From the human T2T-CHM13v2.0 reference genome, Homo sapiens: 64,000 nt of DNA. Made by a program: the position numbers and the translations under genes. Shown here piece by piece: positions 43,821 to 58,159 of this stretch (the stretch's first letter is position 1; every line of letters starts with the position of its first letter). Below the pieces are notes generated by a model. That model made no database searches. It was given only the letters and a program-made list of their open reading frames with translations, and had not been told where the DNA came from. The stretch lies in NCBI RefSeq assembly GCF_009914755.1, contig NC_060925.1, one strand, 5' to 3'.

Positions 43821-46800
43821 ATCTATCCTATTAATATATGTGTGTGTGTATATATATATATCACATGGTATATATACACACACATACACTATATATACAC
43901 ATATATATGTATATATCACATGGTATATGCATACACACACACACAAACACCACATTTTCTTTATCCACTTGTTGACTGATGGGCATTTGGCTGATTCCAT
44001 ATTTTTGCAATTGCAAATTATACTGCTATAAACAGACATGTGCAAGTATCTTTTTTGTATCATGACTTCTTTTCCTCTGGGTAGATACTTAGTAGCGGTA
44101 TTGTGGGATCAAACAGTAGATCTACTGTTAGTTCTTTAAGGAATCTCCACATTGTTTTCCATAGTGGTTGCGCTAGCTTACATTCCTGCCAACAGTGCAA
44201 AAGTGTTCCCTTTTCACCACATCCACACCAACATTTATTATTTTTGATTTTTTTGATTATGTTCATTCTTGCAGGAGTGAGATTGTATGGCATTGTGCAC
44301 TTGATTTGCATTTCCCTGATAATTAGTGATGTTGAGTATTTTTCCATATGCTTGTTGACCATTTGTATATCTTCTTTTGAGAACTGTCTATTCATTCCTT
44401 ATATCCCTTTTTGATGGGATTTTTTTTCCTGCTGGTTTGTTTTAGTTATTTGTAGATTCTGGATATTAGTCCTTTGTTGGATATATATAGATTGTGAAGA
44501 TATTCTCTCACTTTGTGGATTGTCTGTTAACTCTGTTGATTATTTCTTTTGCTGTGCAGAATCTTTTTAGTTTAATTAAATCCCACCTATTTGTCTTTTT
44601 GTTGCATTTGCTTTTGGGTTCTTGGTCATAAAGTCGTTGCCTAAGCCAATGTCTGGAAGGGTTTTTCTGATGTTATCTTCTAGAATCTTTACGGTTTCAG
44701 GTCTTGGATTTAAGTCTTTGATCCATCTTGAGTTGATTTTTGTTTAAGGTGAGAGATGAGGATCCAGTTTCATTCTTTTACATGTGGCTTGCCGATTATC
44801 CCAGCATCATTTGTAGAATAGGGTATCCTTTTCCCACTTTATGTTTTTGTTTGCTTTGTTGAAGACCAGTTGGCTGTAAGCATTTGGGTTTTTTTCTGGG
44901 TTCTTTATTCTATTCCATTAGTCTATGTGCCTATTTTTATACCAGTACCTGGTGTTTTGGTGACTACACCCTTATAGTATAGTATAGTTTGAAGTTGGTA
45001 ATGTGATGCCTCTAGATTTGTTCTTTTTGCTTAGTCTTGCTTTGGCTATGTGGGGCCTTTTTTGGTTCCATATGAATTTTAGGGTTATTTTTCTAGTTCT
45101 GTGAAGAATGGTGGTGGTATTTTGATGGGAATCACATTGAATTTGTAGGTTGCTTTTGGCAGTATGGTCACTTTTGCAACATTGATTCTACCCATCCATG
45201 AACATGGGATGTGTTTCCATTTATTGTGTCATCTATTATTTCATTCAGTAGTCTTTTGTAATTTTCCTTATAGTTGTCTTTCACATCCTTGGATAGGTGT
45301 ATTTCTAAGGTTTTTTTTTTTCTATTTTGAAAGGGGTTGAGTTCTTGATTTGATTCTCAGCTTGGTTGCTGCTGGTGTACAGCAGAGCTACTTATTTGTG
45401 TATATTAATTTTGCATCCTGAAACTTTGCTGAATTTAATTACCAGTTCTAGGAGCTTTTTGGATGAGTCTTTAGGGCTTTCTAGGTATACGATCATATCA
45501 TCAGCAAACAGTGACAGTTTGACCTCCTTTTTACGGATCTGAATGCCCTTTATTTCTTCCTCTTGTCTGATTGCTCTGGCTAGGACTTCCAGTACTATGT
45601 TGAATACAAGAGGTGAAAGTGGGCATCCTTCTCTTGTTCCAGTTCTCAAGGAGAATGCTTTCTACTTTTTCCCTTTCAGTATAATGTTGGCTGTGGGTTT
45701 GTTGTATGTGGCTTTTATTACCTTAAGGTATGCCAATTTTGTTGATGAGAGTTTTAATCATAAAGGGATGCTGGATTTTGTCAAATGCTTTTTCTGCAGC
45801 TGTTGAGATGATCATGTGATTTTGTTTTTAATTCTGTTTATGTGGTGTATCACATTTATTGACTTGGGTATGTTAAGCCACCCCTGCATCCCACTTGATT
45901 ATGGTGGATTATCTTTTTGATATGCTGTTGGATTCAGTTCACTAGTATTTGATTGAGGATTTTTGCATCTATGTTCATCAAAAATGTTGGTCTGTAGTTT
46001 TCTTTTTTCTTATGTCATTCCCTGGTTTTGGTATTAGGATGATATTGGCTTCACAGAGTGATTTAGGGAGGATGCTCTCTTTCTCTATCTTATGGAATAA
46101 TGTATATAGAATTGGTACCACTTCTTCTGTGAATGTGTGATAGAATTCAACTGTGAATCCATCTGGTCCTGGACTTTTTTTTTTTGTTGGCATTAAAAAG
46201 ACTTAGAATTTCAATCTCGCTGCTTGTTATTGGTCTGTTCAGAGATTCTATATCTTCCTGGTTTAACCTAGGAGGGTGGCATATTTTCAGAAATTTATCC
46301 ATCTCCTCTAGGTTTTCTAGTTTATACCTGTAAAGGCGTTCATGGAAGTCTTGAATAATCTTTTGTATTTCACTGGTATCAGCTGTAATAGCTTCCGTTT
46401 CATTTCTAATTGAGCTTATTTGGATCTTCTCTCTTGTTTTCTTGGTTAATCTCGCTAATAGTTCATCAATTTTATTTATCTCTTCAAAGAACTAGGTTTT
46501 TCATTTCATTTATTTTTTGTATTTTTTTTGTTTCAATTTCATTTAGTTCTGCGCTGATCTTTGTTATTTCTTTTCTTCTGCTGGGTTTGAGTTTTGATTA
46601 TTCTTTCTCCAGTTGTGTGAAGTGTGACCTTAGATTGTCCATTTTTGCTCTTCCGACTTTTTGATGTAGACATTTAATACTATAAACTTTCCTCTTAGCA
46701 CTGCTTTTGCTGTATCTTAGGGGTTTGATAGGTTGTGTCACTATTATTGTTCAGTTTAAAGAGATTTTAAATTTCCCACTTGATTTCATTGTTGACCCCA

Positions 46801-47758
46801 AAATTATTCAGGAGTAGGTAGTGATTATTTTTGCTCTTCTAGGTCTAGCCACCCAGCGGAGCTACGAGGCTCTAGGCTGCTACTGGAGAGTGTCTGTAAA
46901 GAATCTTATGACATGATCCATCTTCAGGTTTCTTAGCTGTGGATACCAGTGCCTGCTCCAGTGGAGGTGGCAGGGGGGTGAAGTGGACTCTGTGAGGGTC
47001 CTTGGTTGTGTTTTTGTTTAGTGCACTGGTTTTGTTTTGGTTGGCCTTCAGCCATGAAATGGAACTTTCAAGAGTGCATAAGCTGTGGTCCTATAGGGAG
47101 GAAGCAAACTTGCCTTAGAGACACCTGGTTATCTATTCAGATTTTTCAGGTGGTGGGCAGGGCCATAGTGCTCCCAAGTGATTATGACCTTTGTCTTTGG
47201 CTACCAGGGTGGGTAGAGAAAGACCACAAGGTGGGGTCAGGGTAGGCATGTTTAAGCTCAGCCTTTCCTTGGGTGGGGCTTGCTGCAGCTGTTGTGGGGG
47301 ATGAGGGTGTAGTTCCCAGTCCAGTGGAGCTATATTCCCAGAGGTATTATGGCTGTCTCTGGTAAGTCATACAGGTCACCAGGGAAGTGGGGGAAAGCTG
47401 GTAGTCAGAGGGCTCATCCTGTTTCCACACAGCCTGTAGTCCTAAAGGCCAGTCTCACTCCTACTGTGCCCTCCCCAACTGCAGTGAGTCTATTTCCAGG
47501 CAGCCAGTGACCAGGGCTGAGAACTTGCTCCAGACCACGAGCCTCCTCATTGAGAAAGGAAGCAGAATCACAGTTTTTGGCTTCTCAGGGAGCCTGCAGC
47601 AGTAATCCAGTTACTTCAAAGGTCTGTAGATTCTCTTAGCTTTCCCGGTATGTTCATGCAGTGGTTCTTGGAGTAAAAGTTCACGATGTGAGTCTTCACA
47701 CACTGTTCTGTCCGAGTGGGAGCTGCAAGCTAGTTCTGCCTGCTATCTGTCATCTTCA
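43423..47758 (-). mobile_element. L1PB1-like element with large internal deletion (ORF1/endonuclease missing, 5'UTR retained)
   Basis: L1PB-type 3' end tttatttcaataggttttt...; ORF2 remnants to about 46815, then GC-richer 5'UTR-like sequence to about 47758; (TG)n/(TA)n microsatellite at 43782-43950. Confidence 0.75.
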
Positions 47759-48847
47759 AACTATGTCTTCCTCTTGCCTGATTGCTTTGGCCAGGACTTC
47801 CAATACTATGTTGAATAGGAGTGGTGACAGAGGGCATCCTTGTCTTGTGCTGGTTTTCAAGGGGAATGCTTCCATCTTTTCCTCATTCATTATGATGTTA
47901 ATATGGGTTTGTCATAGATGGCTCTTATTATTTTGAGGTGTGTTCCTCAATACATAGTTTATTTAGAGTTTTTAACATGAAGTGATGTCCAATTTTATCA
48001 AAATCCTTTTCTGCATCTATTGAGATAATCAAGTGACTTTTATACTTAGTTCTCCTTATGTGATGATCCGCATTTATTGATTTGTGTATGTTGAACCAAC
48101 CTTGCACCCTAGGGATGAAGCCTACTTGAGCATCATGGATTAGGTTTTCGATGTGCTGCTGAATTTGGTTTGCAAGTATTTTGTTGAGGATTTTTGCATC
48201 AATGTTCATCAAGAATATTGGTCTGAAGTTTTCTTTTTTTGTTGTGTCTCTGCCAGGTTTTGGCATCAGGATGATGCTGGTCTCATAGAATGAGCTAGAG
48301 CAGAGTCCCTCCTCCTCAATTATTTGGAATAGTTTCAGTAGGAATGCTACCAGTTCTTCTTTGTACATCTGGTAGAATATGGCTATGAATTAATCTGGTT
48401 CTGGGCTTTCTTGCGTTGGTAGGCTATTTATTACTGATTTAATTTTGAAGCTTATTATTGGTCTGTTTAGGGATTTGACTTCTTCTTCGTTCAGTCTAGG
48501 GAGGGTGTATGTGTTCAGAAATTTATTCTGCTCTTCCATATTTTCTAGTTTTTGTACATAGAGGTGTTCATCCTACTTTCTGATGGTTATTTTTATTTCT
48601 GTGGGGTCAGTGGTAGCATCCTCTTTGTTATTTCTAATTGTGTCTATTTGGATCTTCTCCCTTTTCTTCTCTATTAGTGTAGCTAATGCCCTATCTATAT
48701 TATTAATTTTTTCAGAAAGCAAACATTGAATAGTTTTCCACTAAAAAAAAATTAACTGAGTCCTAGGATCCTATGGGACAATATCAAATAATCTGATATA
48801 CATGTAATTGAAGTCTCCAAAAGAGAAGAGAGTAATACTGAAGCAGA

Positions 48848-48883
<36 letters not shown>

Positions 48884-49101
48884 GTGTAGTTTTTTTCTTA
48901 AGAAGTAATGGCTAAATGTTTCACAAAAATGTGATAAAAATATAACAATGAGTTATAGTTCAAGAAACTCAGTAAATATAAATACAACCACACTCAGTAA
49001 CTATATAGTCAAAGTGCAGAAAACAAAAGATTAAAAATTTGTAAAGTAGAAAAATGAAAACACATGAAATTTAAGAGAATAAATGTAAAAATATTACTGA
49101 C

Positions 49102-52100
49102 TTTTTTTTAGTATACTTTAAGTTCTGGGATAAATATGCAGAACTTGCAGGTTTGTTACGTAGGTATTGCTGGTTTGCTGCACCCATCAACCCGTCATCT
49201 ACATTCGGTATTTCTCCTAATGCTATCCCTCCCCTAGCCACCCACTTCCAGTTCCGGTGTGTGATGTTTCCCTCCTGTGTTTATGTATTCTCATTGTTAA
49301 ACTCCCACTTATTAATGAGAATGTGCGGCGTTTGGTTTTCTCTTCTTGTGTTAGTTTGCTGAGAATGATGGTTTCCAGCTTCATCCATGTCCCTGCAAAG
49401 GACATAAACTCTTCCTTTTTTATGGCTGGATAGTATTCCAGGTGTATATGTGCCACATTTTCTTTATCCAGTCTATCATTGATGGGCATGTGGGTTGGTT
49501 CCAAGTTTTTGCTATTGTGAACAGTGCCACAATAAACATATGTGTGCATGTGTCTTTATAGTAGAATGATTTATAATCCTTTGGGTATATGCCCAGTAAT
49601 GGGATTGCTGGGTCAAATTTTATTTCTGGTTCTAGATAATTGAGGAATCGCCACACTGTCTTCCACAATGGTTGAACTAATTTACAGTCCCACCAACAGT
49701 GTAAAAGCATTCCTATTTCTCCACATCCTCTCCAGCATCTGTTGTTTCCTGACTTTTTAATGATCGCCATTCTAACTGGCATGAGATGGTATCTCGTTTT
49801 GGTTTTGATTTGCATTTATCTAATGATCAGTGATAGTGAGCTTTTTTTCCTATGTTTGTTGGCTGCATAATGTCTCCTTTTGAGAAGTGTCTGTTCATAT
49901 CCTTCACCAACTTTTTGATGGGGTTTTTTTTTTCTTGTGAATTTAAGTCCCTCGTAGATTCTGGATATTAGACCTTTGTTAGATGGATAGATTGCAAAAA
50001 TTTTCTCCCATTCTGTAGGTTGCCTGTTCTTTCTGATGATAGTTTCTTTTGCTGAGCAGAAGATCTTTAGTTTAATTAGATCCCATTTATCAATTTTGGC
50101 TTTTGTTGAAATTGCTTTTGGTGTTTTAGTCATGAAGACTTTGTCCATGCTGATGTCTTGAATGATATTGCCTAGGTTTTCTTCTAGGGTTTTTATAGTT
50201 TTAGGTTTTATGTTTAAGTCTTTAATCCATCTCGAGTTAATTTTTGTATACAGTGTAAGGGAGGGGTCCAGTTTCAGTTTTCTGCGTATGGCTAGCCAGT
50301 TTTCCCAGCATCATTTATTAAATAGGGAATCCCTTCCCCCTTGCTTGTTTTTGTCAAGTTTGTCAAAGATCAGGTGGTTGTAGATGTGTGGTGTTATTTC
50401 TGAGGTCTCTGTTCTGTTTCCTTGGTCTATCTCTCTGTTTTGGTACCAGTACCATGTTGTTTTGTTTACTGTAGCCTTGTAGTATAGTTTGAAGTAAGGT
50501 AGCATGATGTCTCCAGCTTTGTTCTTTTTGCTTATGATTTTATTGGCTATACATGAACTTTTTTGGTTCCATATGAAATTTAATGTAGGTTTTTCTAATT
50601 CTGTGAAGAAAGTCAATGGTAGCTTGATGGGAATAGCATTGAATCTATAAATTACTTTGGGCAGTATGGCCATTTTTACTATATTGATTCTTCCTATCTA
50701 TGAGCATGGAATTTTTTTCCAATTGTTTGTGTCCTCTTTTATTTCGTTAAGCAGTGGTTTGTAGTTCTCCTTGAAGAGGTCCTTCACGTCCCTCGTAAAT
50801 TGTATTCCTAGGTATTTTATTTTCTTTGTAGGAATTATGAATGGGAGTTTATTTATGATTTGGCTCTCTGCTTGTCTATTATTGGTGTATAGGAATACTT
50901 GTGACTTTTGCACATTGATTTTGTGTCCTGGGACTTTGCTGAAGTTGTTTATCAGCTTAAGGAGTTTTTGGGCTGAGACAATGGAATTTTCTAAATATAC
51001 AATGATGTCATCTGCAAACAGAGACAATTTGACTTCCTCTCTTCCTAATTGAATACACTTTATTTCTTTCTCGTGCCTGATTGCCCTGGCCAGAACTTCC
51101 AATACTATGTTGAATAGGAGTGGTGAGAGAGGGCATCTTTGTCTTGTACTAGTTTTCAAAGGGAATGCTTCCAGCTTTTGCCCATTCAGTATGATATTTG
51201 CTATGGGTTTGTCATAAATAGCTCATATTATTTTGAGATATGTTCCATCAATGCCTAGTTTATTGAGATGTTTTAGCATGAAGGGGTGTTGAATTTTACC
51301 AAAGGCCTTTTCTGCATCTATTGAGATAATCATATGGTTTTTGTCATTGGTTCTGTTTGTGTGATGGATTACATTTATTCATTTGCATATGTTGAACTAG
51401 CCCCTCATCCCAGGGATGAAGCCGACTTGATTGTGGTGGATAAGCTTTTTGATGTACTGCTGGATTCAGTTTGTCAGTATTTTATTGAGGATTTTTACAT
51501 AAATGTTCATCAGGAATAATTGTTCTGAAATTTTTTTTGTTATTGTTGTGTCTCTGCCAGGTTTTGGAATCAGGATGATGCTGGCCTCATAAAATGAGAT
51601 AAGTATGAGTCCCTGTTTTTCTGTTGTTTGGGATAGTTTCATAAGGAGTAGTAGCAGCTCTGCTTTGTACCTCTGGTAGAATTTGGCTGTGAATCCATCT
51701 GGTCCTGGGCTTTTTTTAGTCTGGCTATGTTCTATCTATTTAGTTGATCTTTTCAAAAAACCAGCTCCTGGATTCATTGATTTTTTTGAAGGGTTTTTCA
51801 TGTCTCTATCCCCTTCAGGTCTACTCTGATCTTAGTTATTTCTTGTCTTCTGCTAGCTTTTGAATTTGTTTGCTCTTGCTTCTCTAGGTCTTTTAATTGT
51901 GCTGTTAGGGTGTTGATTTTAGATCTTTCTTGCTTTATCTAGTGGGCATTTAGTGCTATCCATTTCCCTCTAGATACTGCTTTAGCTGTGTACCAGAGAT
52001 TCTGGTACATTGTCTCTTTGTTCTTATTGGTTTTAAAGAACTTAGTTACTTCTGCCTTAATTTCATTATTTACCCAGTAAATTTTTCTCCAATCATTCAG

Positions 52101-55100
52101 GAGCAGGTTGTTCACTTTCCATATAGTTGTGTGGTTTTGAGTGAGTTTCTTAACCCTGAGTTCTAATTTGATTGCACTGTGGTCTGAGAGGCTGTTTGTT
52201 ATTATTTCCATTCTTTTGCATTTGCTGAGGAATGTTTTACTTCCAATTATGTGGTCAATTTTAGAATAAGTGCTATGTGGTGCTGAGCAGAAAGTATATT
52301 CTATTGATTTGGGGTGGAGAGTTTTGTAGATATCTATTAGGTCCACTTGGTCCAGAGCTGAGTTCAAGTCCTGAATATCCTTGTTAATTTTCTGTCTCAT
52401 TGATATGTCTAATATTGACAGTGGGGTGTTAAAATCTCTCACTATTATTGTGTGGGAGTCTAAGTCTCTTTGTAGGTCTCCAAGAATTTGTTTTATGAAT
52501 CTGGGTGCTCCTGTATTGGGTGCATGTATATTTAGGATAGTTAGCTCTTTTCATTGCATTGATCCCTTTGCCATTATGTAATGTCCTTCTTTGTCTTTTT
52601 TTTAATCTTTGTCGGCTTAAAGTCTGTTTTATGAGAGACTAGGATTGCAACCCCTGCTTTTTTTTTGCTTTCCATTTATTTAGTAAATATTCCTCCATCC
52701 CTTTATTTTGAGCCTTTATGTTTCTTTGGACGTGAGATGGGTCTCCTGAATACAGCATACTGATGGGTCTTGACTCTTTATCCAATTTGCCAGTCTGTGT
52801 CCTTTAATTGGGGCATTTCGTCCATTTTCATTTAAGGTTAATATTGTTATGTGTCAATTTGATCCTGTCATTATGATACTAGCTGGTTATTCTGCACTTT
52901 AGTTGATGCATTATTTTCATAGTGTCATTGGTCTTTATATTTTGGTGTATTTTTGCAGTGGCTGGTACCGGTTTTCTCCTTTCCATAGTTAGTGCTTCCT
53001 TCAGGAGCTCTTGTAAGGTAGGCCTGGTGGTGACAAAATCCCTCAGCATTTGCTTGTTTGTAAAGGATTTGATTTCTCCTTCACTTATGAAGCTTAGTTT
53101 GGCTGGATATAAAATTCTGGGTTGAAAATTCTTTTCTTTAAGAATGTTGAATATTGGTCCCCACTCTCTTCTGGCTTGTAGGGTTTCTGTAGAGAGATCC
53201 ACTGTTAGTCTGATGGGCTTTCCTTTGTAGGTAACCTGGCTTTTCTCTCTGGCTGTCCTTAACATTTTTTCCTTCATTTCAACTTTGGAAATCTGATGAT
53301 TATATGTCTTGGGGTAGCTCTTCTCGAGGAGTATCTTTGTGGTGTTCTCCGTATTTCCTGAATTTGAATGTTGGCCTGTCTTGCTAGGTTGGGGAAGTTC
53401 TCCTGGATAATATCCTGAAGTGCATTTTCCAGCTTGGGTCTATTCTCCCCAACAGTTTCAGGGACCCTAATCAATCATAGGTTTGTTCTTTTCACATAGT
53501 CCCATATTTCTTGGAGGCTTTGTTTTTTCCTTTCCATCTTTTTTCTCCAATCTTGTCTTCATACTTTATTTCATTAAGATGATCTTCAATCTCTGCTATC
53601 CTTCCTTTCGATTGATTCATTCAGCTACTGATACTTGTATATGCTTCACAAAGTGATTTTGGTGTGTTTTTCAACTCCATCAGGTCATTTTTATTCTTCT
53701 CTAAACTGGTTATTCTAGTTAGCAGTTCTTGTAACCCTTTTTCAAGATTCTTAGCCTCCTTGCATTGGGTTAGAACATGCTCTGTTAGTTCAGAGGAGTT
53801 TGCTATTACCCATCTTCTGAAGCCTACTTCTGTCAATCCATCAAATTCATTCGCTGTCCAGTTTTGTGTTCTTGCTGGAGAGGAGTTGTGATCATTTGGG
53901 GGAGAAGAGGCATTCTGGTTTTTTGAATTTTTGGCATTTTTGCACTGGTTTTTCCTCATCTTCGTGGATTTATCTAACTTTGATCTTTGAGTCTGATGAC
54001 CTTTGGATGGGGTTTCCGTGTGAAGGTTGTTTTTGTTGATGTTGATGTTATTGCTTTCTGTTTGTTAGTTTTTCTTCTAACAGGCCCCTTTTCTGTAGGT
54101 CTGCTGCAGTTTGTTAGCAGTCCACTCTGGACTCTATCTGCCTGAGTATCACCAGTGGAGGCTGCAGAACAGCAAAGATTGCTGCCTGCTTCTTCCTCTG
54201 GAAGCTTCATCCCAGAGGATGAAGCTGGCATCTACCAGATGCCAGTCGGAGCTCTCCTGTATGAGGTGTCAGTCAACCCCTGTTGGGAGGTCTCTGGCAG
54301 TCAGGAGGCATGGGGATCAGGGACCCACTTGAGGAGGCAGTCCCTTAGCAGAGCTCAAGCACTGTGTTGGTAGAACCCTGCTTGTCAGGATCCACCGCTG
54401 TCTTCAGAGCCAGCAGGCAGGAAAGTTTAAGTCTGCTGAAGCTATGCCCACAGTGAGATGGGAATTTTATCTATAAGCCCCTGGCTGGGGTTGCTTCCTT
54501 TCTTTCAGAGATGTCCTGCCCAGTGAGGAGGACTCTAGAGAGGCAGACTGGCCACAGCCGCTTTGTCTCACTGTGTTGAGTTTTGCCCAGTCCAAACTTT
54601 CAGGTCATTTTAGCACTGTCAGGGGAAAACTGCCTACTCAAGCCTCAGTAATGGCAGACGCCCCTCCCCCAACCAAGCTCAATCGTCCCAGGTTGACTTC
54701 AGACTGCTGCGCTATCAGTGAAAATTTCAAGCCAGTTGTTCTTAGCTTGCTGGGCCTTGTGGGAATGGAACCCACTGAGCGAGACCACTTCGTTCCCTGG
54801 CTTCAGCCCCCTTTCCAGGGGAGTGAATGATTCTGTCTCACTGGGGTTCCAGGCACCACTAGGGTATGAAAAAAAAACCTCCTGCAGCTAGCATAGTGTC
54901 TGCCTGAACAGCTGCACAGTTTTGTGCTTGAAACCCAGGGGCCTGGTGGTGTAGGCACATGAGGGGATCTCCTGGTCTGCAGATTGCAAAGCCATGAGAA
55001 AAGTGTAGTATTTGGGCTGGATAGCACAGTCCCTCATGGCTTCCCTTGGTTGGGAAATGGAGGCCCCCCACTCCTTGCATTTCCCCGGTGAGGTTGTGCC

Positions 55101-55264
55101 CCACCCTGCTTCTGCTCACCCTCTGTGGCCTGCACTGACTGCCTAACCAGTCCCAAAGAGATGAACAGTCTACCTCAATTGGAAATGCAGAAATCACCCA
55201 CCTTCTGTGTCGGTCTTGCTGGGAGCTGCAGACCAGAGCTGTTCCTATTTGGCCACCTTGGCAG
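49102..55264 (-). mobile_element. Near full-length L1PA7/8-like element, about 6.2 kb, inactive
   Basis: 5'UTR about 54000-55264, ORF1 pieces (53621..53959, 53274..53474, 52879..53277), ORF2 pieces (51939..52442 to 49420..49815), 3'UTR and T tract; many frameshifts; internal deletion near 51720. Confidence 0.92.
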
Positions 55265-55274
55265 TAGATCCTAC

Positions 55275-56205
55275 AGTGTTTTACAACCATCATCACTACC
55301 TATTTCCAAAAGGTTTTCATCACTCTAAAGAAACTCTGTAATCATTATATGATAACTCTGCCTTCTCCCAGTCCTTGTTATTCTCTACTACTTTGTCTAA
55401 TCTATGGATTTGCCTAATCTACTACTTAAGAGTGGAATCACATGATATTTTTCCTTTTATGTCTGTCAAATTTTATTTAGCATGCTGTTATCACTATCAT
55501 TCCTGCTGTAGTGTGTATCAGAACTTCATTCTTTTTACGACTGAATAATATTCCATTGTCTGTATACCACATTTTGTGAACCCATTCATCTGTTGATGGA
55601 CACTTGGGCTCTTCAACCTGGTAACTACTATGAATAATGTTGCTGTGAACATTGGTTTACAAGGATCTGTTCAAATCCCTGCTTTCAAATCCATTGGGTA
55701 TATATACATCCAAAAGTGGAATTACTGGGTCCCATGGAAATTGTGATTTTATTTTTCTGAGGAACCACAAATTGTTTTGCAAATTGACCATGCCAATTTA
55801 CATTCACCAGTAATTCATAAGAGTTTCAATTTCTCCATATTCTGTCCAATATTTCATATTTTCCATTAAAAAATAATTATAGCCTTTCTAAAGGATATGA
55901 AGTGGTATCTCACTGTGGTTTTGATTTGCATTTCCCCAATGACTAATGAAGTTGAGCATCTTTCCAGGTGCACTTATGGATCACTTGCATATCTTCTTTG
56001 CAGAAGTTTCTATTGAAGTCCTTTGAATTTTTGAATGGGATTGTAGTATTTTGTTGTTGTGTGTTGGAGTCCTTTACATGTTCTCATTTGATTTGTGAAT
56101 ATATTCTGCCATTCTGTGGGCTATCTTTCAATCCTTCTATCCATTTTTTTTTTAGTTTGTATATCATGTATGTAAAACTTCAACATCATTCTTTTACATA
56201 GAGAT
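55275..56205 (-). mobile_element. Old L1M 3' fragment
   Basis: ccattcatctgttgatggacacttgg; gtggtatctcactgtggttttgatttgcatttccc. Confidence 0.7.
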
Positions 56206-57232
56206 ATTCAGGTTCTCCCTCCTTGTGCACCTTCCCTATCTCTTTGATCACTCTGAGGTCTCCACCTCTCCAATTGCAATGAGACTTTCACTTATATGAT
56301 TCCCTTCCCCTCATCTTTTCAACCAGGTATTAGGGGTAGTAATGGGAGTGAGTGCACACTGTCCTGTGGTCTTTGAGTATGGCCAACATGAGCCCTTGTA
56401 AATCCCCTGATGCCAGGTGACTGGCTGGCCATCCTGTCCATGAGGTTCCCAGGTCACTCTCCTTTCCCAGTGTTTCCATCTCCCTCCACTCCTGGCTGAT
56501 TACCGACTGTCCAGCCCTCCCCTTTCCTGCCTGTTCTCAGAGCAGGGCTGAATTAATCCAATGACCGGGGAACTCAGGGGACTTGGAGGGATGTCCTAGT
56601 TGCAGGCACAAACTAGAAGAGAAGCTCTTTCAGGGTAACAGAATGAGCTTTCAGACCTCAGGCAGAGGAATTCCTCTCTATGGCATCCAAGGTCCTGGGC
56701 TAGGAATGGGCAATAGGTGAGAGGAACACCTGGGTTCAGATTTAGGAAGAGAAGCAAGGTCTGCATTGAGAGAGGCTGGGACAATCAGTGACACTATCCC
56801 AGGGGTAGTACATGGGGCCTGGGTGCTGGAACAGGGCCCAGGGTCAGCACTACCAGCACCCAGGCAGTCACCAAGTGTGGACAGGGTTGAGGATGCCCCT
56901 ACCCCATCAGGGTGGCCAGCCAGAGAGGCAGACGACAACCAAGAAGTTGTGCTGTTGGGAAGGAGCTGCTTGGGGTCTGACAGCCTCTTCCACCAGCCAG
57001 ACCCATTTGCCTACCTGGGCTCCTCCCACCCCTGACTGGACAGCTGCCCACTCCATGAGCTTCCAGAGAAGCCTGCAGGTTCCGTATGTGAGGAAGGTTG
57101 ACAGGTACCTGGTGACGTTGCTAGGCTGGGGTCTCTTTCTACACCTCACTGGGGCTGTGGATAGCTGAATTTACAAGATCCTCATGACAGACCAGGCCTT
57201 TGAGGCTTTCTTGCTCAGCTCAGTGCAGCCTC

Positions 57233-57675
57233 ACTATAGCTGGGATGTGGGATGTTCCCAACCAAACTCCTGAAGCCTTGATCCCCAACACAGTAGTGTT
57301 GGGAGGTGGGTCCTAGTGGGAGATATTTAGATCGTGGAGACAGATCCTTTATGAAGAGATTAGTGCCCCCTTCCACCTCACAGGCTTGAGTTTTAGCTGT
57401 ATCTGGAATGGACAGGTTTCCAAGACATCGGGATCAAAACAGAGTCTTGCTTCCTTGGTCTCTCTCCTGCTTCCTCTGTCACCATGCAATCTCAGCACGT
57501 GCCACTCCCCTTTTGCTTTCTGCCATGTGTGGAAGCTGCATGAGGCCTTCATCTGATTTAGCTGCCAAAACTTAAACTTTTCAGCCACCAGATCATGAGC
57601 AAAATAAACTTCTTTTCTAGATCAATTACCCAGCCTTGGGTATTCAGTTACAGTAACACAAAACACAGCAAGGCA
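57233..57675 (+). mobile_element. MaLR LTR (MSTB/MSTC-like)
   Basis: ttgatccccaacacagtagtgttgggaggtgggtcctag...catgagcaaaataaacttcttttc...ttacccagccttgggtattcagttacag. Confidence 0.7.
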
Positions 57676-58159
57676 GGCCCTTAGCTCAGCCTTGCTGTGA
57701 TTCATCTTGAATCTAAATCTTGAATGGAATGGAGGCCTGGAGTCTTTTCCCTACAGGTGTGAGCTTCTCCCTCTGATCTCCTAGATAAATATCGTTTGTC
57801 TAAACTCAGCTACCATGGGAGCCTCAGGAGCTGGAGAGGGTGTGGGCACCAGGGGAGACATGGTATGAGGCTGTGTGCAGGGGGATGGATCAAACCAGGC
57901 CCTGCTAGGGTTCTGGCACAATTGGGCACACCTCATCTCCATTTTCCCTCTTCAGTAGGGATTTATCTCCCTGCCTTAGTGTCTCCTCTTCTAACCCTAT
58001 CACCTTCCATGTGAAGCTGGACAAAGCATGCAAGCTTGTGAACCTTATTCTAGAGAAGAGGGAAGATAGAGGGATTGTCTGGCTGACAATCATGTATGTA
58101 GGTAGGTAGCATACAGGAGAGATTTAGATGGACACATTGGATGACAATCCGGTAGGGGC

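Larger units (their letters stand above)
41882..48716 (-). mobile_element. Primate L1 ORF2 segment split by a nested MLT2A LTR and a nested L1PB
   Basis: ORF2 remnants 42441..42767 and 47928..48368; host sequence gatgccttttatttct (about 43413) resumes as ttcctcttgcctgattgc (about 47768). Confidence 0.8.

Noticed and set aside
56596-57168. GC-rich ORF cluster downstream of CYP4A11
   Set aside because: ORFs in many frames on both strands, as expected in GC-rich DNA; no CYP or other homology seen
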